Shown here: positions 24,583 to 36,680 of the stretch, one piece after another
Numbering within the stretch: position 1 is the stretch's first letter
Layout: each line of letters begins with the position of its first letter
Assembly: GCA_963514005.1 (NCBI GenBank)
Contig: OY740787.1
Coordinates: forward strand, 22,382,001-22,446,000
Length of the DNA stretch: 64,000 nt
Direction of reading: 5' to 3'
Source of the DNA: Raja brachyura
Lineage: Eukaryota
Translations under genes and position numbers: made by a program
Notes under the pieces: model-generated
The model's input: the letters and a program-made list of their open reading frames with translations, nothing else
Database searches by the model: none
What the model was told of the DNA's origin: nothing

Positions 24583-24964
24583 CGCTGGGAGAGCGTAGGA
24601 GTAAGTCTTGTGATGGATTGACTAAATCAAGACATGGAAGTAATCGTCAATGAAGGGAGCGATATTAACTGAAAATTAGGGCTTCTCGCTTTGCCGCTTT
24701 GACCTGAGAATTAACTTCCAATTCTGCTTCATCGTCCTGAAGTCACTTACAAACACGATTCTCTGAATCTCCTGAACAAATTTGCCTATCATACCCAGCA
24801 AAAGGGCTGGCGGAACTCTGTGGGTCAGGCAGAATCTGTAGAGGGAAATGGACAGATAATGTTTCAGGTTGGGATCCATCATCAGTCTGAAGAAGACTCC
24901 AGCATCTGAAGTCTCTTGTGTCTCCTTCTTACACTACTCAGTTTTACAGCACAACTTTCACCAT

Positions 24965-25220
24965 GTGTAAGAAGGAACTGTAGATGCTGGTTTAAATCGA
25001 AGATAGACGCAAAAAGCTGGAGTAACTCAGCGGGACAGGCAGCCTCTCTGGAGAGAAGGAATGGGTGACGTTTCTGGTCGAGACCCTTCTTCAGACTGAT
25101 GTCAGGGGAGTGGGCGCGACAAAGATCAAATGTAGTCGGAGACAGTAAGACTGGTGGGAGAACTGGGAAGGAGGAGGGGATAGAGAGGGAAAGCAAGGGC
25201 AATATGAAGTTAGAGGTCAA
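24965..25220 (-). mobile_element. Penelope-like 3' end / pLTR in inverted orientation
   Basis: Reverse complement resembles both ends of 26126-26373 and contains CTGAAGAAGGGTCTCGACCAGAAACGTC. Confidence 0.75.
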
Positions 25221-25276
25221 ACTATGGTGATGGCCATTAGGGAATGTGGTGCGATGGGCAATTCAAAACAGAAGAA

Positions 25277-26373
25277 TGACTCCCACAACAATCTCGACTA
25301 TACTTCTTCCCACCCTGCTTCCTGAAAATACTCTATCCCCTACTCCGAATTCCTCAGTCTACACCAGATCTGCGCCCAAGATGAGGTGTTCCATACCAGA
25401 ATATCCGAGATGTCCTTATTCTTTAGGAAACGGGGGTTCCCCTCTCCCATCATAGATGAGGCCCTCACTCGTGTCTCTTCGGTAGCCTGGAGCTCTGCCC
25501 TTTCTCCCCCTCCCCCTTGTCGCATTAGAGACAGAGTCCCCCTAGTCCTTATCTTCCACCCCATCAGTCATCGCATACAACACATTATCCACCCAAAATT
25601 TCCGCCACCTCCAACGGGATCCCACCACGAGCCACATTTTCCCATCTCCACCCATGTCCGCCTTCCGTGGAGACCGTTCCCCCCCTCAACTCCCTGGTTA
25701 ACTCATCCCTTCCCTCTCAAACCACCCCCTCCCCAGGTATCTTCCCATGCAACCGCAGATGATGCAACACCTGTCTTTATACCTCCTCCCTTGACTCTGT
25801 CCAGGGGCCCCGACAGTCCTTTCAAGTTAGGCAGAGGTTCTGCACCTCCTCCAACCTCATCTACTGAATCCGCTATTCAAGATGTGGATTCTTATACATT
25901 GGCGAGACCAAACGCTGACTGGGCGATCGTTTCGCTGACCACTTTCGCTCAGCCCGCCTGAACCAACCTGATCTCTCTGGTGCTGGACACTTTAATTCTC
26001 CTTCCCATTCTCACACAGACCTATCTGTCCTAAGTCTCCTCCATTGTCAGAGTGAGGCTATACGTAAATTGGAGGAACAGCATCTCATATTTCGCTTGGG
26101 CAGCTTACAGCCCAGTGGTATGACTATTGATTTCTCTCACTTCAGGTAGCCCCGGCATTCCCTCTTTATCCCTCCCCCACCCAGGTCGCACTAGCTTCTC
26201 ATTTTCATCCTACAAACAGCTTATAATGGCCTGTTTCCTTAATCATCATTACTTTTTTGCATACCTTTCGTTTATTGTCTGAAGAAGAGTCTCGATCCGA
26301 AATGTCACCCATTCCTTCTCTCCAGAGATACTACCTGTTCCACTGAGTTAATCCAGCTTTTTGTGCCTATCTT
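25277..26373 (+). mobile_element. Penelope-like retroelement, 5'-truncated (RT thumb, GIY-YIG endonuclease, 3' pLTR)
   Basis: Decayed LDYTSSHP...IPYS, FRKRGFP, RVPLVLIFHP, NLIY.IRYSRCGFLYIGETKR (GIY-YIG), HFNSPSHSH...LEEQHLIFRLGSLQPSGMTID; hammerhead-like core at 26279. Confidence 0.85.
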
Positions 26374-26904
26374 AGAATAATGGTGAGGTGTTAGTGGAGA
26401 AATAAGGGATCCGGAGACATGATAAAAAATATTGGTTGACTGGAAGATGATTTGAGATCCTTACACAGTGAAGGTTGACCATTAACGCGCTTCAATCCAT
26501 TGGCACAGCCCTTGAATGTCCTAACAGAAAAAATGTCATTTAGCAACAAACCATCCACTAACCCATTTATCATTTTATCACCTGATGACATAAATTCCAC
26601 CCTTGACTGTATAATTTTACTTGAACCATTTACATTTTTTTTTGTCTCTCCAGCGACAATTCCATCTATACAGTTTTACACACATACACATTTACAGACC
26701 TGCTGAATATGGACACGTACAAGTGTAGATCCATTCACCCAATATAAGTACGCATGCACATAACAAAATATATCCATATATATTTTTCAACTTTGATCAA
26801 TCACCACCAAACTCAGAAATAATGTTATTTCTCAGGCACTCCACAAAATATTTAGCATTGGAGCTGGCTCTGGTTGTCTTTTCTTTCAGATCTGTTGCCC
26901 TTCT

Positions 26905-27129
26905 CAGGTAAACAAAAGTGCTGGAGAAACTGAGCGGGTGCAGCAGCATCTATGGAGCGAAGGAAATAGGCAACGTTTCGGGCCGAAAGACTTCTTCAGA
27001 CTGAAGAAGGGTTTTGGCCTGAAACGTTGCCTATTTCCTTCGCTCCATAGATGCTGCTGCACCCGCTCAGTTTCTCCAGCACTTTTGTCTACCTTCGATT
27101 TTCCAGCATCTGCAGTTCCTTCTTAAACA
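26905..27129. mobile_element. Fold-back (palindromic) Penelope pLTR-derived element with 13-bp TSD
   Basis: 94-bp inverted arms centred on 27000; CTGTTGCCCTTCT at 26892-26904 and 27130-27142. Confidence 0.85.
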
Positions 27130-28698
27130 CTGTTGCCCTTCTNNNNNNNNNNNNNNNNNNNNNNNNNNNNNNNNNNNNNNNNNNNNNNNNNNNNNNNNNN
27201 NNNNNNNNNNNNNNNNNNNNNNNNNNNNNNNNNNNNNNNNNNNNNNNNNNNNNNNNNNNNNNNNNNNNNNNNNNNNNNNNNNNNNNNNNNNNNNNNNNNN
27301 NNNNNNNNNNNNNNNNNNNNNNNNNNNNNNNNNNCATACTTTGTTAGCAGGAAATAGATTCTCAGCTGAAGAGCATAGTTGACCTGCTCGAGTTCTTGCT
27401 GTTCCTTCCGGTAACAGCACAATAAAAGTTTTGTGTTTTGAATTGTCCTTGACATTCTTTTATCCTACAGTGGTGGACACAGTGTGCTGAAAAACATGAC
27501 ATCATTATCACTGACAGATGCTCAAATAAATCACCTGCAAATCTGCTCCTTTTGCTTCTTCAAACCTTTGTGTCCAGAGCCGAGTGCCTCTTTGAAATTT
27601 TATTCCATGCATGATGGATAATAGGACTTTATGATTGTTCAGGAGTATGTTAGGCTTATTGAATTCCCATATTTGTTGAAGAAAAAGAATCATTGAGTGG
27701 TGTGTGGTGAGAGAATATATGTACTCTGCAGTGTTTAACAAGCAAGCTTTCTGATATGTGCCATCCATGCCTGTTGTATTATTTACTGCAGTACATTGAT
27801 CATTTTGCACTCGAGGACAACGAGGTGCAGAAAAAAAGTATGTTTCTGTCCGTCTTTCTTTCAAACCTGGCACCGGGGGACCAACCCCAGGGATACTGCC
27901 TCTTTTACACAGCTTGAATGTTCTGTTTTGAGTCTAGTTTGTTTACAAGGCCATGATTGTAGTGGTTTTCACTTTAGGTGCCACACTGTCTATGCAACTG
28001 CAACAACAAAATTAAGTTCACAAAATATCTGTAAACATAGTTCCTATTTATGAATGTTGTGGAAGCAAACAGATAGCATGGAACCAAAGAACCTCTCTCA
28101 CTCACCCTTTACCTAAAAAAGATTAGTAACATGGTCAGAGAGATAGAAAGCTCCAACATTGCCTTTATTATGCAAAAGTACGGTGTTATTTTATTCCTCA
28201 GCTGGTTAAAGTGCCATAAGATGAAAATACTTTGATGTGCCTGACTCACTGAGTCACATGAGATGAGCAATGGTACAGTACAATAGTTATATTTCTAATA
28301 GTCGCTTCTTTTAAATATCTTAAAATCAATGTATCTTTGTGAGTTAACATTGCCGGCTTTGTTTGTTTATCGAGGCTGGCAGCCCTTTTTGTGTGTGCTT
28401 ATTTCACTCCTCCATTTTAATTGTTGAGACTATTCAATCCCCATTTTCTTCCATTTTTTTCACCGCTAGCTGTAACATTAAAGGTAAATAAATACTAGTC
28501 TGGCATAGGGTGATTGGAATCATTGAAAAGAGCAGAACAGAGATGATGGAAGCAACAGTTTAAGGCAATCTGTGTTTACCTTCAAAGAATACCTCACTTT
28601 ACCAGGACGTACTTGCTGTTCCTGGCAGTATGGAGGTTACAACACCACAGTAAAAGCTCTGAAATAATTAGTCCCTTCTGTCTTTTGTTTCCTTACAG

Positions 28699-28770
28699 AA
28701 GAAATGAAGGAAGAGTATGACACTATGGGGCCTGAAGTCACACTTCAGCCAAGGAGAGGTAATGGTACAG
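28699..28770 (+). CDS. ZEB2: ZEB2 72-nt coding exon (exon 4 equivalent); absent from the ORF track
   Basis: tcttttgtttccttacAG acceptor, GTGAGT donor. Phase 1-1. Encodes (E)EMKEEYDTMGPEVTLQPRRGNGT, matching the ZEB2 EEMKEDYDTMGPE...NGT segment. Confidence 0.93.
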
Positions 28771-28897
28771 GTGAGTACATGTGGTGTTATTGCAAGTTTT
28801 TTTTTCACAGGCATTATATTTTATTCTAAAAACCTTAGCATAAAGCAGTGGTCACTTATTTTTCAAACATGACTTTCTGAAGTTCTGCTCTTATAGT

Positions 28898-29423
28898 TAG
28901 GGTTGCCAATAGTGTTGCCAACTTTCTCACTCACAAATAAGGGACAAAAAGGTCAAAATAAGGGACATATTCCCGACGGCAATTCGTTGACCGACTCGGC
29001 CGTGGTTGGGTGAATGATGAGTTGACCCGGGTGCTGGACTGCACATAAAGCCCAGCCGGCGGGCCAGCTGAGGAGTTTTGCGACATCGCGCGCAAAGTCC
29101 AGCACCCCATCCAAATCATGAACCGATGATCGGCCATGAGAAAGCGGGGTGGTGGTGTCGGCGGTAAGCGAAGGTCCAAAGGTCAGATAGCTGGCCGGGC
29201 TGCCAACCGACGGGGCCACGGGCGAGGCACTGCTGCTGCATTCCATGGGCTGCACTACGTCGGGATGGATGAGGCAGGGCCAGACGTGGCGCTCCGACCC
29301 GACTGTCTCCTCGACCCGAGTAGCAGCAGTCAAATACGGAACAAGGGCGGTCCCGTACAGGACAAACCAATTTAGCCCAAAAAACGGGATGTCCCGGCTA
29401 ATACAGGACAGTTATCTACCTTG
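28898..29423. mobile_element. Non-autonomous hAT-like DNA transposon (MITE), GC/CpG-rich
   Basis: TAGGGTTGCCAA left terminus (tandemly doubled), decayed right terminus, sub-terminal GGGACA-like repeats, 8-bp TSD CTTATAGT / CTTATAAT. Confidence 0.7.
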
Positions 29424-30728
29424 CTTATAATAAAGCTGCCAGTTCATTTTGATTGGGTTTGCATCAGCCAGATTTTTAGTCTTCCTGCGCTTTCCAATTA
29501 GCTTTCCCTTCCAACCACATACCACCTCCTTAGTCCCCTCCCAAAATAATCTAACCGGTCCAATTCCCTGTGTGTGGCTGGAAAGCCACAGATGTAGTAA
29601 TGTTTGTGTATCTAAAGTCTCTGCAGTCTAAATTAGCTTATTCGTTATGTAAACAGCAGTAAATTAAACTGCAGACAGTCATGGGGCTGGGTGCCTTTAA
29701 TTCTGATCCAAGTTGTTCAAAGCTATCCTGGGTGAATCCAACAACTGATTTAAGTAGGAAATGAGGAGCCATGTGCATTCGTGGGCATTCCGAGAATTTT
29801 TTTCCACCTGATAAAGAGCTTTCGTTGAAGCTATATAGCACAGCAATATTGAAAGCTTGTGCTCTTTGTCCCAGTGGCTGCAAATGGGTTCCTTTCTCCC
29901 TTCTCTCTGTTTGTAGGCTGAGCCATTTAAAACAAAATTTCAGTTCATCAAGGTGTTTTCCAGAATGCAAATCAAAGTTGCAACACTGAACCACAGAGAC
30001 ATACGTTTCGGTCTAAATTTAACTTCAGATGGGAACTTTACCAGTAGCTGGTTGCACTATGACATATTTTGCTAATCTCGTGAAAACTGGTCACAGGTTT
30101 TGAAATAAACAGAAGCAACCAGCTAAGCTGTTTCTGATTTTGCAAGTGCATCAAAAATCAAAGATAGATTTAAATACATCTTTTATGTTTCTCTTCACAC
30201 CGGTTAATAGGTTCCTCATACTGTATTTTGAAAGTCTGTGTAGCCATTCCATCTAGCTCTGCTGCAGCATTGTGACTAGTAAAATGTAAATGTTTTAAGT
30301 GTATATCCTTTAATGGGACAATCTATATTATAGTCGTCATTCTAAAGTTATAAATATTCAAAAATACACATGAAAAGTGCAATTCAAATTCCTCTTTATT
30401 TACTTCATCCCCATAGATTAACAAATAGTCAGCAAATTTATTTTCACAATTTTCTGTGGGCATTTAATTTTTTTGTTGGTCAGCCAGGCTATCATGCCAC
30501 CATTTCAATATTCCCTTTAGGACTTCCAATAGCTTTCAATGTACAACCCATTTGGCAAAACTCTGCATGCAAGGGCTATTAGATTTAAATCTGTAATTTC
30601 ATTTTCCATCCACATGCATTCAGGCAGGAACAAATGTTAGGCCTTGCATTAGTCAAAACTCAAGAAGGTCAGGATTTCTGTTCAGGCCAGAATGGTCTTG
30701 CAAAGGAGGTTACACCAGTTATCTCTTC

Positions 30729-30936
30729 CAAGATGGTGCCCAACACAGGAGACTATTTGCATGCTAGCCCCAGAAGCAGATCTACAAACATATTATAATC
30801 ACTCCACACATTTGATCTATACACTGTAAATGGATCGATTGTAATCATGTATTGTCTTTCTGTTGATTGGTTAGCACGCAACAAAAAGCTTTTCACTATA
30901 CCTCAGTACATATGACAATAAACTAAACTGAACTGA
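30729..30936 (+). mobile_element. Short Rex1/L2-like non-autonomous retroposon
   Basis: CAAGATGGTGCC head; 3' end gcttttcactatacctcagtacatatgacaataaa followed by CTAAA/CTGAA repeats. Confidence 0.5.
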
Positions 30937-32690
30937 GTTCAACAGCCTGTCAATGCCAGCAGAAACTGTCAGCCTTAGTCATGAGGTAGAAATTGGCGTG
31001 TGTTGCACTAATGTTTCAGCTGCAACATAGACTCAAGCACTCCAATTTCCACAATAAGATAGACTGCACTCATTCTCTACAGGCTTTTACCTCATTGCTC
31101 AATTCACAGAGACCATTTTTAATGCAACCCGGTCATCTACTTGAAACAAACATACAACCATTGAACTATACTAAAGGGAATAATCACTTTCAAAAATCTA
31201 TTATTGGTGTCCCTGCGTGCCTAAGATCACCCCGTCGCACCTTGATATTTTCAATTAAAGCAATAGAATTTACCTACAGACTATCATCTGTTCCGTCCAA
31301 ATACATTGTGACTTGTTGCCTTATCAATTCAATTGGCAAATGCTGCTTTTTGTTCAGTTTAAACAATTTGTTTCCAGAAAAAAAGATTGAAAAGGGATTT
31401 GGGGTCATTTTATTTTACCCTATTACTTTGTCAAAAGTGCATTCTAAAGTGAGTCACCCTGATCCTTCTGATGTGGCATTGGCATTGGCTTGATGGAATG
31501 ATGCCATTGCCTATGCCTCCCTCTCTGAGAGCATAGTGAAGAATGTAGACTAAATTCTCCCTTGATCATCCACTTTTGAATAATGGGTGGCTATCCAAGA
31601 TAACTGGGTCTTCACCACATTACAGCGAATTTGGAAGCAACTGGATCCCTTAGTTACCTTTCTTCTTTCAGGTTTACCCCCTAATACTTCACCCACCACC
31701 CTTTCCCCCCAAATCTTGGTGTCCACCTCACCAGGTCCAGATGCTGACCCTCCTGAACTTCATACTCCTCTAATATACAGGCCCCAATCAACACCCCAAC
31801 CCAATCCCCCTGACCTCCCACAGTTCACCTTGCTTTCCCAGATGGCAGCTGTATTTTCTAACCACTCATATTCACCAGAACTCTCACCCATAACTTGATT
31901 CATGGCCCACCCATTCCTTACCTTATGATTCTGGATCTCTTTATCCAAACTTCAATCATTTAACAAAAAAAATGCAATGTTAAAAACTAAAGTCTGCAGT
32001 GGAATGGTGGAGTAGGCAGAAGATTTGTGACTGATTCCCCACTCTAAAACCAGGCTGCCATGCACAATTGAGATCTTTACATTTTTATGGTAATTGTGCA
32101 AAAAGACCATTATAATGTGGCAATTCAACATATAACTTTATCTTTTGCACTCAAAGTTCATATTTACTCTTTCACTGCACATAGAAGTTCTTGGTAGTCA
32201 TATTGTTGCTGAAATATGTCGAGTTGCTGTAAGGTAGAGGGATTGTAACTTTTATTTCTTTAAATACCACCAAGCTTCCCAGTGTAACTATGAAATGCCA
32301 GTAACAAAATATAAAAAATAAAGGAAAAACCCTGAAAGATAACAAGACTGAGGAAAACAGAAGTAAAACTTGGCATGGTAGCAAGTCAGGCAGTTTAGGC
32401 TTGTAATCAGCATGTACCAATAAGGGTCTGTCATTTCCTGGCTAATGAAGGCTGTGGTTTTATTTGCTTTGTTTGTGATTATTTCAGCTATCTACACCTA
32501 ACAGTTAGAGTTCCCACAAGAGCTAAACAGTATGGGGAAGCAAAAATTCCAAGTAAAATTGCAGTTCTTCAAAGCTGTACATTGTGACTCGAGAGATGCC
32601 AAGTCACTCAGGCTTGTGCAGTAAGATTGGTCTGTGCAGAACTGACATTCTTCTCCCTCCCTCCCTCCCTTTCCCAATGTATAATTTTAG

Positions 32691-32879
32691 GAAAGACAGT
32701 AGGTTGCACGACAGATCTCGAGGAGTACTTTGCCAAACGGAAGCTGGAGGAAGGAGACAGCCATGCGGTTAGCATTGCAGAATACTTGCAGCGGAGTGAC
32801 ACAGCCATTATCTACCCGGAAGCGCCTGAAGAACTGTCCCGGCATGGAACACCAGAGGCCAATGGGCAAGAGGACAATG
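32691..32879 (+). CDS. ZEB2: ZEB2 coding exon (exon 5 equivalent)
   Basis: (CCCT)n tract then ttttAG acceptor, GTGAGC donor. 189 nt. Encodes (G)[20 protein letters not shown]...[32 protein letters not shown]. Confidence 0.95.
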
Positions 32880-33387
32880 GTGAGCCTCTGCCAGCCCAGT
32901 AGCCATTATATTGATATTTTCAGCTGATAAGTTCAGCTAGTGCTTATCTTCAAACATTGGGACATTTGTTACAGCTTTCAGAGGCCTTGTCTGAAATATA
33001 GAGTTACACACTTTGCCATTGGCAGTCATATGTCATTTTATTGACTCCATTTTACAACTTCCTATGCTTTACCCACACACATACATTATAAATGCTACTT
33101 CAGTCATGCGAGTAGTCACTGTCATGTGAGTTGTAGATATAGCATAGGAATACTTGATTACTGTTCATAGAAAGACTTTACCTAAATACGACAGCTTCTT
33201 GAAGCTATTTTAAAATTGGTATCCTGCATAACTACTCTCATGATCTGCACACAGAACTTATGCTTAACTCTTTGAAGGATTTTTCACGCACAACCAGTGA
33301 CATTTTATGCAGTGAAATGATATATTATGCATGCTGATATACAGCTCTCAAATGCTATACACAGCAACTGCCAGTAAAGATTGTACG

Positions 33388-33522
33388 TTTGGTTTAGAGA
33401 TACAGCGCGGAAACAGTCCCTTTGGTCCATTGAGTCGACACAGACCAGCGATCCCCGCACACTAATGCTGTCCTACACATACTAGCGACAATTTACCATA
33501 TACACTAAGCTAATTAGCCGAC
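33388..33522 (-). mobile_element. HE1-like SINE 3' fragment
   Basis: tttagagatacagcgcggaaacag...gatccccgcacacta matches the 3' half of 10207-10511. Confidence 0.7.
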
Positions 33523-34014
33523 AATAAAAACAGAAAGTCCTTTAACATTCAGCAAGTCAGACAGCTTCTGTGGAAAGAGACATGGAGTTAACATTTCAAG
33601 TTGAAGATTCCTCATATGAACAGTGAAAGGTATTGTCACATGCTGGAAAATGAAAACAAATTAATTTCTCTCCCGGGAGGTTTAGATGACCATTATAACT
33701 GCACTTCTTTGGGCATTTGCAGGGATTCAAATTTGATCAGTTTTGAGACACATGGTTGTTATACCAGGTCTCTCAAATTAACCAAGATCCAGATTATTAT
33801 CCATTGACTTCCCATTGGAAAAGGTAGGATTGCAAATGGATATTGGATCAGGACAAAATATAGTTTGCAAGTGACGACCTCACCATCTCTATTTTACAAA
33901 CTTGTTACTCTGCCTTATTATACACAAATGCATTTTGATGCTTATTTGGGGGGTGTGGACAGGGTGTGCTTCTACTAATATTCCACTTTGTTAATATCTC
34001 TGACTCAAGGACAA

Positions 34015-34325
34015 TTTAGTTTAGTTTAGAGATATAGCCAGGAAACAAGCTCACTGAGTCCATCCCAACCATCGATCACCCCTTTCACACAAGTTCTATG
34101 TTGTCCCACTTTCTCATCTACTCCTTACACACTACAGGAATTTTACAGAAGCCAATTAAACTACAAACCCAAATGTCTTTGGGAGCGAACAGAGTACCTG
34201 GAGGAAACCCATGCTGTCACTGGGGGAATGTGCAATCCTCACACAGCCAGCACCTGAGGTCAGGATCGTACACAGGTCTTTGCTGCTGTGAGGCAACAAG
34301 TCTATCAATGATGCCACTTTGCTGC
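34015..34325 (-). mobile_element. HE1-like V-SINE, diverged
   Basis: (TTTAG)n end and similarity to the other SINE copies. Confidence 0.7.
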
Positions 34326-34670
34326 CTAATTTCCTGACTGGAAAATGGAATACAGTGGTCAGAAGGAAGTCTGGAATAAATGAGGAGACAAATAAGGCAG
34401 TTGTTTTTCTGAAAAGTTGAAATCAAACAACTTGATCTTGTGATCTGATGACCAGGTCAACAAACAGTGACTCAGACGTCGAAAGTGTTGCAACATCAGT
34501 TATTCCTTCTTCTGCCCTAATCCCATTCTGAAATGTGCACAAATGTTGTCTCTCTGATGAAGGCACAGACACAATGTTGGAAAAATGTTATGAGGATGAA
34601 GTCGAAGTTCAGCTTTACAGTTGCTTTTTGCATACACTGCTTTGGACCAATTAAATAGGGGATGTACTTT

Positions 34671-34999
34671 TTTGGTTTAGGTTAGAGAAACAGTGCGGAA
34701 ACAGGCCCTTCAGCCCACTGAGTCTGCACCGATCAGCGATCCCCGCACACTAACATAATCCTACACACACTAGGGACAATTTACAATTTTACCAAGCCAA
34801 TTAGCTGACAAACTTGTACGTCTTTGGAGTCTGGGAGGAAACTGGAGCTCCTGGAAATACCCACACAGGTCACGATGAGAACATAAAACTCCATATAGAT
34901 AGCACCCGTAGTCGGGATCGAACCGGATCTCTGGCGCTGTAAGGCAACAACTATACTGCTGCATCACCTTCCCACCCCCACTGCACCACCGTGCCGCCC
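34671..34999 (-). mobile_element. HE1-like V-SINE, full length
   Basis: Closely similar to 10207-10511; GGTTCGATCC B box on the minus strand. Confidence 0.85.
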
Positions 35000-35631
35000 C
35001 AGTTGCTGGAGAAGCCATGCAACAGAAACATAATGGCTGGCCCTAAAATGTCCATTCCATTGGTATATTGGAACTTGCTTCTATTATCTGGCCATTTCAG
35101 TGGTAACAGTTAGCAGACATGAACATTTTTGTAACGTTATTCCCACTGCGTTAAAATGTATATGCACAAAGGTCACTGTTCAAAGCACAGATGCATAAAC
35201 ATTTCTAGGAACAAAAAGGAACTGGTTGATTAATTGTGAAAGAGCAACTTTCTTTTAATGCTCCTACATATTCAGTTGGCCGCATTCAGGCAAATTATTT
35301 GACCCTCCTTGTGGGTGGGCATAATAAGCTGCAATTTTGTCAGTCTAATGACTCAAGATTATAAAAATATCTTGAGTCATCAGGAAAAGAACATCAGTAT
35401 TGTCACTTTCCAAGCTTCAAGTACAGGTCTGTTGTTAAAATTGACAACCAAATGTTTAGAGCACGCTAAAGGTATTAGTGGTTGTTTGGTCAAACCTGAT
35501 GGTGGGTCAGTGTGTCCTCTGATTTTCAGATATGTTGAAGAAATAAAAGTAAAGTTTCATTTTTGTGAAAATGTTGCACCAACAATACCTATAGGTTTAC
35601 GTAATGAGGAACGGGGTCTCCACCTGAGCAG

Positions 35632-36680
35632 AAAATAAACTGCTGGAGGAACTCAGTGGGTCAAGCACAATCTGTGGAGTCAAAGGGATGATCAATGTTT
35701 AGGGTTCAGAGCCTACAGCATGACTGAGTGTGTAGTGGGAAGGTAGCCAGTATATGGAAGAGAAAGGAAGAATCAAAATAGAGGTGGTAATTGATAGTTT
35801 GTTTCAGATAAAGTGGGGGGGGGGGTGAATGATGGACAGAAGAAAATAGATGAGTGAGGGGGCGAGTTGAGACAAAGTCTGGTCATTGACAGATGGAACC
35901 AGGTGAGGGTAGAGGAAGATGGGCAGATAGAACCAGGTGGGGGAGAGATAGGAGAGGGGAACAACAGATAATAAGCCCAGGAAACAGGGTTTTTGTGGGT
36001 GGTGTGCTGATGAGACTGGGTGTGGCAGAGTGTTGAGTCCATCGGTCCCTCCACTTACTGACCAATTGAACTGGTTCCCATTGCCCGGAGAAATAGGATA
36101 GGCAACATTTCCAGTCAGGACTCTTCTTCAGATTGAAAGTCAAAGGGGGAGGGGGTAAGGGGGGGTCGGGTGGAGGGGATAGATTGGAGAGGCAAGAAAA
36201 AGCCAGGACAAATCAGGGCAGGCGCCAGGTGACTTCAAGCTGGGTGGTTCCCTTGTAGGCCAAAGAAGGTGTGATCTCAAGAGAGATGCTTTGTTGCAAA
36301 CTGTGGAACAGGTTAAATGACCAGGTGTAGGAAGGTAGCAAGGTATCTAACGAACGTTAGTGGAAGTTATTTAAAGTTAGAGAATTTTACATTCATATCA
36401 CAGGGTTGTAAGCTACCCAAGCAAAATGGGAGGTTCTGTGTTTCCAATTTGTGTGTGGCCTCACTCTGACAATGGAGGAGGCCCAGGTCAGAAAGGTCAG
36501 TATGACAATGGGAAGGGGTGTTAAAATGGTTAGAAACTGGGAGATTGTCATGGGCTTCGGCATAAGTTTTGAGCGAAACAGTCAGCTCATCTATGCTTCG
36601 TCTTGCCGATGTACAAGAGCCCACATCAGGAACTCCGGATGCAGTAGATGAGATGAGAGCTTCAGTACAATTCTTAAATG
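35632..36680 (-). mobile_element. Decayed Penelope-like remnants (two 3' ends and a GIY-YIG domain C-terminus)
   Basis: ORF 36367..36759 ends PVSNHFNTPSHCHTDLSDLGLLHCQSEATHKLETQNLPFCLGSLQPCDMNVKFSNFK, homologous to the 26.0-26.15 kb translation. Confidence 0.75.

Noticed and set aside
28931-29430. GC-rich ORFs on both strands
   Set aside because: Inside a non-autonomous hAT-like element; no transposase or other recognisable motif.
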